Positions 42,427-55,489 of a stretch of DNA of 64,000 nucleotides are shown one piece after another; position 1 is the stretch's first letter; every line of letters begins with the position of its first letter. A model generated the notes under the pieces. That model saw only the letters and a program-made list of their open reading frames with translations, had not been told where the DNA came from and did not search any database. Origin of the DNA: Escherichia coli (GTDB lineage Bacteria > Pseudomonadota > Gammaproteobacteria > Enterobacterales > Enterobacteriaceae); NCBI RefSeq assembly GCF_046105845.1, contig NZ_CP151004.1; one strand, given 5' to 3'. The position numbers were made by a program, and so were the translations under genes.

Positions 42427-43287
42427 TTAAGATGCCTTTCTAATCAACCGATGCCCCTCATTCATCATCAGGATTTTGCTATACACATCTTCCTCGACGG
42501 CGTTTTTTGCTGATGCCATCACTCGTGCCAGATTCGCCTCGTTGTGATTATTCACATACGCTTTGCCGACGGCGGTGATAAACGCTTTGCGCAGATCGCT
42601 GGCGATATTTACTTTAGCGACGTGATAATTAACAAAGCTGCGCAATATCTCCGGGGCGATACCGGAGCCGCCGTGAATAACCAACGGCACCGGACAGACT
42701 TCGGCAATGCGCTTCAGCAAGGGGATATCGATCCGCGGTATATCGTCCAGACCATGAACGTTACCAATAGAAACTGCCAGCATGTCGCAACCGGTGCGCT
42801 CGACAAAGGTCTTCACCTTTTCCGGTTCCGTTTTGCAATCGGCTTCGCTGACGTGATCATCTTCTTTGCCGAGAATCGCCCCCAGCTCCGCTTCAACCGG
42901 TACGCCATAGGATTTACAGAAATCGACAGCTTCCTGGGTGAAAGCGATATTCTCTTCAAAAGAGAATGCGGCACCGTCAATCATGACCGAGGTAAAGCCC
43001 GCGCGCACCGCCTGTTTAACATCCTCCTGAGTTTTCCCGTGATCCAGATGAAGACTGACCGGAACATCCATTTTATCGGCGTGACGTTTCACGATTTCAT
43101 AAATGTAATCGTATCCCGAGAGTTGTGCATTGGTGGGCGCAATCTGAATGAAGTTGGGTAATCCTGAACGCTCAATGGCGTTTAAAATTGAAATCGTCGT
43201 CTCCAGATTGGTGGTATTAAACGCGCCCGCTAATACCCGTTTTTCCTGAATGCGGTCGAGCAGTATCCGTCCATTAACTAATGGCAT
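42427..43287 (-). CDS. Class II ketose-bisphosphate aldolase (GatY/KbaY/FbaA family)
   Basis: 286 aa; HLDHG, SVMIDGA, VEAELG, AVSIGNVHG and VIHGGSG blocks align with GatY-type tagatose/fructose-bisphosphate aldolases. Confidence 0.85.
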   Translation of the reverse strand: MPLVNGRILLDRIQEKRVLAGAFNTTNLETTISILNAIERSGLPNFIQIAPTNAQLSGYDYIYEIVKRHADKMDVPVSLHLDHGKTQEDVKQAVRAGFTSVMIDGAAFSFEENIAFTQEAVDFCKSYGVPVEAELGAILGKEDDHVSEADCKTEPEKVKTFVERTGCDMLAVSIGNVHGLDDIPRIDIPLLKRIAEVCPVPLVIHGGSGIAPEILRSFVNYHVAKVNIASDLRKAFITAVGKAYVNNHNEANLARVMASAKNAVEEDVYSKILMMNEGHRLIRKAS

Positions 43288-43317
43288 TTGAAAACCTCAT
43301 CTTTTAATATCAGTTAA

Positions 43318-43587
43318 TTATTCAGCTTCACCGAAGCGGTCACGAAATAAGGCGGTGAGAGTTTGTATTGCCTCATTTTCATCATCGCCTTCGCAGCGTA
43401 TTTCCACCGTTTTACCGCCTTTTATTCCGGCGCGCATAATATTCATCATGCTGGTGGCATTAATATCATTACCCTCATAATGCAGCGTCACTTTACAGCT
43501 AAACTTTTTGGCGGCTTTTACCAGACAAGCCGCCGGACGTGCATGCAGGCCAGTACTGTTTCTGACCTCCACGGTTTTACTCAACAT
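43318..43587 (-). CDS. HPr-family phosphocarrier protein (operon-specific paralogue)
   Basis: 89 aa; active-site region TGLHARPAA (His15 equivalent) and a Ser46-like region NATSMMNIM. Confidence 0.85.
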   Translation of the reverse strand: MLSKTVEVRNSTGLHARPAACLVKAAKKFSCKVTLHYEGNDINATSMMNIMRAGIKGGKTVEIRCEGDDENEAIQTLTALFRDRFGEAE

Positions 43588-45085
43588 AGTGCTCCTCCCG
43601 ATGGTGTAATGGCATCACGCCTTCTTGCTGTAATTTCAACTGATACCAGCTTTTCCATTTGTGCTGATAACGCTGTAATTGATGGTATCTCGCCCGATTC
43701 GGTAACAAACGTTGGGCTATGGTAACTTGCGGCGGTGGAATATCCGGTGCGGCAGTTAATAATGCTCCGACAGAAACCGCCTCGTTAAATGCAATTGCCT
43801 CAACCGGACGCTGTAAAATATCCGCCTTTAATTGCAGCCAAAGGGGATTATGGGTTGCCGGGCCGATTACTTTTAACGCGCTGGTGCCAGGCACATTAAA
43901 ACAGGCGAAGCAGTTGGCAAATTCCATGGTTAATCCCAGTGAGACGCTGGCAATTAACATGTCAATATTTAACGTATCGCTAAGCCCATAAAATAATCCA
44001 CGGGTATGGCGATTTTTATAGGGCGAACCCGAACCGCGAAGATGTGGAATAAAGAGGGGAATGTCATCGAGCGACCAGTTCCCCGCCAGGTAATCCGCAT
44101 GTCCGCGAGTAAGTGATGCGGCGATCTCCTCATCGGTTAGCCGGAACGTGTTACGCAGCCACTCCAGAGCGAAACCGCCCACGGGCAGCGACGCAAACAG
44201 GGTGAACTGGTTTGCAAGCGAATAACAGCCGTTTGCCAGCTTGTCACGTTTGGCCTGTTCATCCAGCGTCGGTTGTGTATCCAGTTGCAGAATGCCTTCT
44301 GTGGTCCCCGTCGAGTTAAGGATATCGCCCGGCATCATCTGCAACGCCCGTGCACCCACCATATGGTCATGTCCGGCCAGCGTCACGCTGACCGGTTGCG
44401 AGAACCCAAGCGTTTTGCAGAGCGACTCGCTGACCCATCCGGCGTGTTCGCCTGGCTGCACCAATGGCGCAAATGCTGAACAGGGAACGTGTAACAACGC
44501 CGCCGCTTTCGCTGACCATTCGCCTTTGCGCACGTCCAGACACAGCGTGCGGCTGGCTAAGGTGATATCCGTGCGCTGTTCGCCGGTCAGCCGCCAGAGC
44601 AGTACTTCCGGCGCATGTAGCCAACGCAGGCCGCGGCGATTACGCAGTGGGTAATGTTCCAGCAACCAACGCATTTTGAAGGCAGAGTAATTGCTGTGCA
44701 GCGGTAACCCGCAAATGTCATAAAGTGCCGCACTGTCTGCCTCGCTAAGTGTAGCCAGATACTCTTCACCGCGACGGTCATACCAGGCCAGCATTGGCGT
44801 CAGGATCTCGCCATGCTCGTCAAGGAACACGCCTGACTCGCCAAAACTGGCAATGCTTATCCGCCTGACTGGCAGCGGCGAAGCGGCGTTCAGTTGCGCT
44901 ATCGCCTGGCGGACCTCCTGCCAGAGGGCGTCGATATCGAAATCGACATCGCCCTGTGGGGAGATCTGTTTTGCCGTCACGAATTTATGCGCGCCCAACG
45001 TCGTTGCGTCCAGGCAGGAAAAGCAGGTGACTTTGCAATTGGTGGTGCCAATATCGATAACGATAGCTGCGCTGTTATCAGGCAT
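43577..45085 (-). CDS. FGGY-family carbohydrate kinase
   Basis: 502 aa; N-terminal AIVIDIGTTNCKV sugar-kinase phosphate-1 motif; two-domain FGGY size; overlaps the EIIC gene by 8 bp. Confidence 0.8.
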   Translation of the reverse strand: MPDNSAAIVIDIGTTNCKVTCFSCLDATTLGAHKFVTAKQISPQGDVDFDIDALWQEVRQAIAQLNAASPLPVRRISIASFGESGVFLDEHGEILTPMLAWYDRRGEEYLATLSEADSAALYDICGLPLHSNYSAFKMRWLLEHYPLRNRRGLRWLHAPEVLLWRLTGEQRTDITLASRTLCLDVRKGEWSAKAAALLHVPCSAFAPLVQPGEHAGWVSESLCKTLGFSQPVSVTLAGHDHMVGARALQMMPGDILNSTGTTEGILQLDTQPTLDEQAKRDKLANGCYSLANQFTLFASLPVGGFALEWLRNTFRLTDEEIAASLTRGHADYLAGNWSLDDIPLFIPHLRGSGSPYKNRHTRGLFYGLSDTLNIDMLIASVSLGLTMEFANCFACFNVPGTSALKVIGPATHNPLWLQLKADILQRPVEAIAFNEAVSVGALLTAAPDIPPPQVTIAQRLLPNRARYHQLQRYQHKWKSWYQLKLQQEGVMPLHHREEHYVE

Positions 45086-46436
45086 AAACCGTGCTCCGCG
45101 TCATTCGGAAAATACCATACAGTACCAGGGCGATAACCGGCACCAGACCAATGGCGATGAGATTGCCGTTGAAGATTTCCAGCAGCCAGAAGCGGAACGG
45201 GTTACCGCCATCAAGGAAACTGGAGACCTGGCCGCTGGAGCCTTCGGCAAATTTGAAATTAACGTCTTTCGCCATTCCGGTAATAAACGGCGCGATTTTA
45301 GTCGCAATCCACAGATCGGCAATAATCACCGGGATCGCCGCCAGAACGGTGCGGAAAATGTTGCCACGGCTGGCTAAAGCAATCATCGACGCCATTACCG
45401 CCAGGTTGGCAAGGTCGCCAAGCGGCAGGACTTCATTACCCGGAAGGACAAACGCGATAAAGACCGAGATTGGCGTCAGCAGCAGGGCGGTGGAGATAAT
45501 CGCCGGGTTACCTACGGCAACGGCGATATCCAGGCCGATATAGAGATCGTCACGGTCAGGGTATTTGGCATTGAGATACTTTTTAATGGCTTCAGACAGC
45601 GGTAATAAACCTTCCATCAGGATGCGTACCATGCGTGGCAGGATGAACATCACACCGCCAATGCTGATGCCAAGCAGCAAGACTTTTTTGAAATCGTATC
45701 CGGCAATTACGCCGAGCAGAATGCCCAGAATAGTACCAACCATCATCGGTTCGCCGAATATGCCAAACTTTTTCTGTACGGTTTCCGGATCGATATGAAT
45801 ACGATTGAGGCCGGGGATATGGTCGATGATTTTGTCGACCAGCAGACCGACCGGAAAGAACACCACCGAAGAGAGCGTCGGCAATGAGATCCCTTCCAGG
45901 CCAAAGTATTTTTGTACCAGTGGCGCAGACCAGTCGGCGAGTTTAAGTACTACCACCGCAGCAATCGCCGCCGCCAGTAAACCAAAAAACAGGCTGCCGG
46001 TGCTGTAATAAACCAGCGTACCAGCAAGGGCAAAATGCCAGTAGTTCCACATATCTACATCAACGGTGCGGGTTTTATTTAACGCCAGCATCGCCACGTT
46101 AATCAGAATAGTCAGGGGAATAACAAACGGGGCAATTGGCGAACCCCATGTAATAGCGGAAAGCGGCGGCCAGCCTAAATCCACCACCGGTAAATTAATT
46201 CCGGTGCGTTCAACCATCGCCTGGGCCGCTGGCCCGACATTGCTGGTAAGAATATCGAAAATGGCATAAATACCGACAAAACCAATGCCGACCGTTAATG
46301 ACGAACGTAAGGCTTTAGCGGGTTTTACTTTAAAACAGAGAGCAAGAATAAATAACACCAACGGCAACATTACCGTGGGACCAAATCCCAATATATATTG
46401 CACTATATTATAGAGGGTATGCGCGATATCGTTCAT
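45078..46436 (-). CDS. PTS EIIC component, galactitol (Gat) family
   Basis: Polytopic membrane protein with GatC-like N-terminus (ILGFGPTVMLP); start trimmed to MNDIAHTLYN, which has an AGAGG Shine-Dalgarno. Confidence 0.85.
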   Translation of the reverse strand: MNDIAHTLYNIVQYILGFGPTVMLPLVLFILALCFKVKPAKALRSSLTVGIGFVGIYAIFDILTSNVGPAAQAMVERTGINLPVVDLGWPPLSAITWGSPIAPFVIPLTILINVAMLALNKTRTVDVDMWNYWHFALAGTLVYYSTGSLFFGLLAAAIAAVVVLKLADWSAPLVQKYFGLEGISLPTLSSVVFFPVGLLVDKIIDHIPGLNRIHIDPETVQKKFGIFGEPMMVGTILGILLGVIAGYDFKKVLLLGISIGGVMFILPRMVRILMEGLLPLSEAIKKYLNAKYPDRDDLYIGLDIAVAVGNPAIISTALLLTPISVFIAFVLPGNEVLPLGDLANLAVMASMIALASRGNIFRTVLAAIPVIIADLWIATKIAPFITGMAKDVNFKFAEGSSGQVSSFLDGGNPFRFWLLEIFNGNLIAIGLVPVIALVLYGIFRMTRSTVYA

Positions 46437-46512
46437 AATAAACCTCTTTTTCAGGCGAGAGCGCACCTCGCGTTAGCGCCTGATGGAGTGGGTTGAAATT
46501 AATTATTATTAA

Positions 46513-46794
46513 TTACTTTTTAAGGATCGAAACAATTTGCGCCAGTACTTTCTCTTCGCCAATACCGGTAATAATCGGCAAGCCGTTAACCACCGGGACG
46601 TCGAGTTCATAAGGCACTTTAGTCGTTGAGACTACCAGTGCTACGCCATCAGTATTTCCAGGTAAAGAGGCAACGTTGGTTTGGGAATAATTGACGTTAA
46701 GACCGTGCTCTTTACAATATTCCATGACTTTTTCTGTTACCGCCGTGGATGTGGCAATACCCGTGGCGCAGACAAATAAAATGGTTTGACTCAT
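46513..46794 (-). CDS. PTS EIIB component, Gat family
   Basis: 93 aa; N-terminal phosphorylatable Cys in ILFVCATGIATS. Confidence 0.8.
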   Translation of the reverse strand: MSQTILFVCATGIATSTAVTEKVMEYCKEHGLNVNYSQTNVASLPGNTDGVALVVSTTKVPYELDVPVVNGLPIITGIGEEKVLAQIVSILKK

Positions 46795-47264
46795 ATTTCA
46801 CCTCGTTCTTTCATTTTGTTTAAGATTACTGTGTGTATTTCTGTTGTTTCCATCGTAAGCAGGGCGCGCATAAAGGGCGTATCCTGAATCATCTCCATAA
46901 TCCAGCCCAGGGCATTTAATTGTTTATTACTTTCGCTTAAGGCGAGCAAAAAAATCACCCTGACAGGTACGGGGTCAGGATCGCCGCCCATATCGGCAAA
47001 CTCTACCGGTTCCGGCAGGATGCCGACGGCAATTGCATTGTGCCTGACATGTTTATGGTCCGTGTGCGGAATGGCGACACACGGTGGTTCGGTAGGCAGC
47101 CCCGTTGGGTACGTCGCCTCACGTTTCAGTACGTGATCGGCAAAATCAGGGACCACCAGCTCGGCGGCAACCAACGGTTGCGCTAACTGACGGATGATCT
47201 GTTCAACGCTTAACCCTGCCGGAAGTCGTTGAATATAATTTTCCTGAAACTGTATGCCTTGCAT
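46791..47264 (-). CDS. PTS EIIA component (EIIA-2, mannitol/fructose/galactitol type)
   Basis: 157 aa; active-site His region AIPHTDHKHV; 4-bp overlap with the EIIB gene. Confidence 0.8.
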   Translation of the reverse strand: MQGIQFQENYIQRLPAGLSVEQIIRQLAQPLVAAELVVPDFADHVLKREATYPTGLPTEPPCVAIPHTDHKHVRHNAIAVGILPEPVEFADMGGDPDPVPVRVIFLLALSESNKQLNALGWIMEMIQDTPFMRALLTMETTEIHTVILNKMKERGEI

Positions 47265-47288
47265 TTTATTCCTCTTAAAAAAGTGTAC

Positions 47289-48044
47289 TTAACTCACTTC
47301 CCGCCGTTGCAGCACGGTGCCCAGATAATATTTATTTCCTTTTAACCAGACGTTGCCAAACTCAACGGGTAACTCTCGGGAGAAAAAGACTAACTGCTCC
47401 AGATGCAAAACGGGTGCATCTTCACTGATATCTAAAAAATGACCGCGTTCATTACCAATTAATCGCGCGGCATAGCGACTTTCAGAGTAACGAATTTTTC
47501 TTTGCGACAAACTTTCTATTGTTGGAAATAAATTGTGTTGATTAAAATCGATTTCCACGATGCCGGGACATAGCTCAATATTGATACGGTTCTCTATCAG
47601 CATCGCTTTTTCATCACCAATTGAACGTAACCGCTCAAGGTAAAGAATATCCTGACCGGGCGTTATTCTTAATTTCTCTGCCACATAACGATTAGCCGGT
47701 TCAATCCGTGACGTAATAACTTCAGTGGTAAAGTGTATTTTCTGGCTTTCCAGCGATTCCGCGAATGACAATAATCCTTCACCTAACGGATATGCCACGT
47801 TCTCTTTTTTGACAAATGTTCCCTTCCCCTGGACCTGAATCAACACGCCTTCTTTTACCAGTTGGGCGACCGCTTTTTTAACGGTTCCCCGACTCACTTC
47901 CAGCATATCCATAATCTGGTATTCCGAAGGAATGCGATCGTCTTCCACCAGATCCCCGGTATAAATACTTTCTCTTATCCACTCCACCACTTGTTGATAG
48001 AGCGGTATTTGTGACGACTTACTTAATGATTTCATGGCGCGCAC
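47289..48044 (-). CDS. GntR-family (HutC/UTRA-type) transcriptional regulator
   Basis: 251 aa; N-terminal winged HTH (IPSEYQIMDMLEVSRGTVKKAVAQLVKEG); C-terminal effector domain of UTRA size. Confidence 0.85.
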   Translation of the reverse strand: MRAMKSLSKSSQIPLYQQVVEWIRESIYTGDLVEDDRIPSEYQIMDMLEVSRGTVKKAVAQLVKEGVLIQVQGKGTFVKKENVAYPLGEGLLSFAESLESQKIHFTTEVITSRIEPANRYVAEKLRITPGQDILYLERLRSIGDEKAMLIENRINIELCPGIVEIDFNQHNLFPTIESLSQRKIRYSESRYAARLIGNERGHFLDISEDAPVLHLEQLVFFSRELPVEFGNVWLKGNKYYLGTVLQRREVS

Positions 48045-48233
48045 CTGAACATTTACAGTTGTCTATGGACAATCATGGACAACTTCAAGCGTATAGTAGG
48101 TGAACGGGAGAAAAAGAGGATCGAAGCGTCTCACATTTTGAGGGACCAAATCGTGATCAAAAAAATGTGACGTGAGTCGATATTTGTCAGAAGTTTACTG
48201 CGCCGTAAGGAAATAACGGCGCGTTGGTAGGTG

Positions 48234-51037
<2,804 letters not shown>

Positions 51038-51041
<4 letters not shown>

Positions 51042-51982
51042 GCGTGCGCTCCTTCATGACGACGAATGCGCGGGTCCAGCGCGGCGTTGAGTAAATCAAC
51101 AATCAAATTACAGACGACAAAAACCACCACCATCATCAGCGTAAAGCACTGGATCACCGGATAGTCACGGTTAAAAATCGCCGACACCGCATAGCGCCCG
51201 ACGCCCGGCCAGGCAAAGATGTTTTCGATAATCATCGTCCCGCCAATCAGTTCGCCAATGTGCATCCCCACGGCGGTGATCATCGGCAGCGAGGCATTGC
51301 GCAGAATATGGCGACGTTCGGTCTGTTTGTCGTTCAGGCCGCGTAGCCGCGCCCAGGTGACGTGACGCTGACCGGCGACGTCCAGCATACTGGCGCGCAG
51401 CAGCCGCGCGTTAATCGCCAGCGACATAAAGGCAATGGAAACCGCAGGCAAAATGATGTGCTGCCAGCCGCCGTAGCCCATCGCGGGTAGCCATTGCAGA
51501 TACACCGAAAACGCCATCACCAGTAAAAACGCCAGCCAGAAGTTAGGCATCGACACGCCAAGAAACGCGATGAAACGTACGGCGAAATCCGGCAGACGAT
51601 CGCGATGGCGCGCCGCCCAGATACCGAGCGGTACGGAAGTGAGCAGAATTAACACCAGCGCGGCACCTGCAAGTTCCAGCGTGGCGGGCAGGAAGTTCAG
51701 CATATCGTCCAGCACCGGGCGTTGGCTGGCGAATGAGATACCAAAGTCAAGATGCAGCGCCTTCCACAACCAGGTGCCGTACTGGACGTACAGCGGCTGA
51801 TCCAGCCCGAGCATGGTGCGGGTAGAAGCCAGCATCTCCGGCGTCGGCGGCAGGTTAGATAAACGCAGATAATCGAGCGCCGGGTCGCCGGTGCCGAGGC
51901 GCAGCATCAGAAAAATGATCACCGAGGCGGCGAGCACCATCGGGATCAGCAGCAGAAAGCGGCGTAATACGTAACGCAACAT
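51038..51982 (-). CDS. nikB: Nickel ABC transporter permease NikB
   Basis: 314 aa permease. Confidence 0.95.
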
Positions 51983-53556
51983 TAAGGTTTCACCGGTTTA
52001 ATCTGTTCGAACGGAATTTCGGTGGCGATCGGCGCGTAGGGGATATTACCCAGCTCCGGTTTTGATACCACCATCATCGAGATGTAGCTGATAGGCAGAT
52101 AAACCGCCTCGTCATGCAGACGGGTCAGAATGTCGCGATACAGCGCCTGACGTTGCGTTTCGTCATGGGTTGCCAGCACTTCGCCGATCTCTTTATCAAT
52201 CAGCGGCTTGTCGGCTAATCCTTGCTGTGCCTGGAAATCAGCGTGCGACGGTACGCGCATTGAACTCAGGAAGGCGTGTGGATCGTATGGCGCGCCCCAG
52301 GTGCGATGGAAAATCATGCCAAAACGACCGTCGCGCTGACGAGCATAGATACTGCTCTCTTCTTCGCCAACCAGTGAGACATCTGCGCCAATCTGGCGCA
52401 TATCAGCCTGAATGATTTCCGCCATCGATTTGCTTAACGCATCGGTGCCGATGAACGACAGTTCAATGCGCAGCGGCTGACCATTTTTCTCGCGGATGTC
52501 TTTGCCCGCAGGAAGCGTCCAACCGGCTTTTTCCAGCAACGCTTTCGCTTTCTGCGGATCGTACTGGCGCGGTTTCAGGCCGAGGTTGGCGTAGGGCACA
52601 GAAGGGGCAAACAGGGTGTCGGCGACCTGCTGGGTGCCATACAACGCGTTATCAATCAGCGATTTTTTGTTTACCGCGTAATTAAGAGCTTCACGTACTG
52701 CCAGCTCGTTGGTAGGGGCTTTGGCGGTGTTGAGTGCCAGCATCACGGTTTCGATCGGCTGTGACAGTTGGGTGTGGTAAGCCGGGTTCTGGCTAAAGCG
52801 GGCGAAGGTATCGAGCGGTAATAACCCTTCGTTTCCGTACAGCAGGTCGATATCGCCAGTTTCAAACGCTACCGCGCGGGTAGTCGGGTCCGGGATCACG
52901 TTAAAAGTGATCTTCTTAATCGCCGGCTTCTCGCCCCAGTAGTTTTCGTTACGGACGAAGACATCGTACTGATTCAGTTTCGATTCCTGTAAAACCCACG
53001 GCCCGGTGCCAATTGGCGCTTTAATCCCGTTCATGGTTTCATGGTTTTTAAACTGCGAGGGGGCGATAAAGCGGAAAGGGCGCGGCAGGGCCAGTTCTTG
53101 CAGGAAAGGATAGTAGGCGCTTTTCAGGGTGATTTGCAGCTCTGTTTTACTGAGTGCTTTGACATCAACAATCTGGTTTGCCAGCTCCAGCCAGGCGTGA
53201 CGTTGACGGTTATCGAGTACTGCGCGGAAGTTTTCTGCCGCCGCCTCGGCATCGAACGGTTCACCGTTGGAGAATTTCACGTCATCACGCAGGGTGAAGG
53301 TCCAGGTTTTACCATCTTCTGAATGAGTCCAGCTTTTTGCCAGCCACGGGATCACCGAACCGTCTGCCTGATATTTCACCAATGGTTCATAAACCATGCT
53401 CTGGGCGAACATCTGGTTAGGTGTGTAAAGGTGCGGGTTTAGTGGCCCGACATTCACCGGCCAGGCGGTGGTGATTTCATCTGGTGCAGCGGCATGGACG
53501 ATAAAAGACGCACAAGCCAGCAGCACAAATAGAGTGCGGCGGAGTGTGGAGAGCAT
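51982..53556 (-). CDS. nikA: Periplasmic nickel-binding protein NikA
   Basis: 524 aa with signal peptide. Confidence 0.95.
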
Positions 53557-53593
53557 GGTAACCCCAATGGATTAAAATAGATGGCGGAAATAA

Positions 53594-53621
53594 GTATGAC
53601 GATTTTAAGTATTCGTCATAC
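53594..53621. promoter_or_regulatory. NikR operator in the nikA promoter
   Basis: GTATGA-N16-TCATAC dyad (gtatgacgattttaagtattcgtcatac). Confidence 0.7.
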
Positions 53622-53666
53622 TGATAACCTGTTCTGGATCAAAAGATGGGCAGTCGGGTGGGCGGA

Positions 53667-54254
53667 TCAGTTAACTGAATCGATCCATTGCACACTGTCG
53701 GCGGAGAGCGTAAAGGGGGTGGGAGTGCAGATCGCCAGGCTTAAATTATCAAGCTGGCAATGGCTGACCGACAGTGATGAGTGATAGGTGCTGTCTACGC
53801 TGACGATTTGCCATGCGCTGCCGCCACGCTGTTTAACGATGGCTTCTTTGCGCGTCCAGATGCGCCAGAACATTTCCAGTTGCTGATCAGGATGCACGGC
53901 GTCCATCTCGGCATGTTCCCCAAGGCTGAATACGGCGTTCGCCAGCCAGCGCCAGTTGGCGCGCGGGCGAATCACTTCGATATCGCAGCCGACTTCGCCT
54001 TCATCGCTCAACAGCAGGGCGATATCGTCACCGCTATGGCTTAAGTTGAACCATAGCGGCGTTTCCGGCGCGAATGCCGGTTTGCCTTGTTCGCCATAGA
54101 TGATCTCCGGTAGCGGGGAAAGCGTGTGCGAAAGCAATGCACGCCCCGCCAGCCAGCGTTCGCGTCGTGGACCTTGCGGTGCTTGCTCGCGTAAACCCGG
54201 TGGCAGAGGAGCTGCGCTTAAGGTCGAAACTTTCCCCAGAACTATCCGATACAT
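53667..54254 (-). CDS. acpT: Holo-[acyl-carrier-protein] synthase AcpT (4'-phosphopantetheinyl transferase)
   Basis: 195 aa, MYRIVLGKVSTLSAAPLPPGL. Confidence 0.9.
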   Translation of the reverse strand: MYRIVLGKVSTLSAAPLPPGLREQAPQGPRRERWLAGRALLSHTLSPLPEIIYGEQGKPAFAPETPLWFNLSHSGDDIALLLSDEGEVGCDIEVIRPRANWRWLANAVFSLGEHAEMDAVHPDQQLEMFWRIWTRKEAIVKQRGGSAWQIVSVDSTYHSSLSVSHCQLDNLSLAICTPTPFTLSADSVQWIDSVN

Positions 54255-54308
54255 ATCAGGGCCAACGTTTAATGGAAAATGAAAGTGCGTATCGTATCAC
54301 TTGTCGCC

Positions 54309-55358
54309 TCATCCCGGTAACCGACTTTTCGGTCTGCCTGGCCCCAGTAAAATCGCCAGTTTGCTACCGCCTTTCGTAGTTTCCATCCAGATTTTACACA
54401 CGCTGGTTAATGGCACCGAAAGTAGCATCCCTACCGGGCCGAGCAGCCATCCCCAAATTAACAATGAAAGAAATACCACCATGGTGGACATCCCCAGGCG
54501 ATGGCCCATCATCCGTGGTTCTAAAATATTGCCGATGACCATATGGACCACTAAAAACAATGCGCCGACCAGAATACATTCGTAAATACCATTAAACAGC
54601 AGCACCTGAACCATTGGCGGTACGGCGGAAATTACCGCGCCGATATTGGGCACGTAGTTGAGCAAAAACGCCAGTACTGCCCACATCAGCGCAAACTGTA
54701 CGCCCATTAGCGCCAGCCCCAGCCAGACGATGACACCTGTCCATAAACTGAGTAGCGTCTTCAATGCAAGATAGTGCGAAACGCCTTTAAGTGCGCGGTG
54801 TAATCCTGCGATGTGAATCTGTGGGTTATTCAGCGCAAAACGCATTTTGTAAGGGACGTGGCGCACTTCAAACAGCATGAAAACTACGGTCATCACCAGC
54901 AAAAGCACGCTCGCCATTGCCCCGGAAAGCCCGGTCATTAGCGCCGTGGTGAAGGTAACCACTTTTTCCGAGTCCATCCGCTGCAGCATTCGCTCCGGCG
55001 ACATATGTAAATTAAGAAAAGGCAACATCTCCTGCAATTTAAAAAGTTTGCGCGTCAGCTCCTTATTAAACTTCGGCAGCATAGAGATAAATTCGTTAAA
55101 CGATGCCGCCAGTACGCCGACCAGCGCAGTTAGTGCGATCAGCATCACCACCACCACAATCGTAATGGCAACGGGGCGTTGTACTCCCCGACGAATAAAC
55201 CAGGTGACGAGCGGGTTGAGGACGATGGCAAAAAACAGCGCCAGTAACAGCTGCACAATGATATCTGCCGCTGCGTGAATGCCCGCGAGGATCACTACCA
55301 GCGAGGCCAGCTTGAGCAGAATGTGCATGCCCGTTTTATCGGGTTGAGGGGTTTCCAT
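54309..55358 (-). CDS. yhhT: AI-2E family transporter YhhT
   Basis: ORF trimmed to METPQPDKTGMHILLKLA (349 aa). Confidence 0.9.
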   Translation of the reverse strand: METPQPDKTGMHILLKLASLVVILAGIHAAADIIVQLLLALFFAIVLNPLVTWFIRRGVQRPVAITIVVVVMLIALTALVGVLAASFNEFISMLPKFNKELTRKLFKLQEMLPFLNLHMSPERMLQRMDSEKVVTFTTALMTGLSGAMASVLLLVMTVVFMLFEVRHVPYKMRFALNNPQIHIAGLHRALKGVSHYLALKTLLSLWTGVIVWLGLALMGVQFALMWAVLAFLLNYVPNIGAVISAVPPMVQVLLFNGIYECILVGALFLVVHMVIGNILEPRMMGHRLGMSTMVVFLSLLIWGWLLGPVGMLLSVPLTSVCKIWMETTKGGSKLAILLGPGRPKSRLPG

Positions 55359-55489
55359 TGGGGCTTCCTTGTGACTTTTTGTATTAAGTGTAGCGGGAGT
55401 CACGCCAGCAATATTCTGATTCTTAATGCTGATTTTCACGTCAGCACGTGGTAAAAATGAAACACTGTTGTAAAAATGTGGTGATCCTC

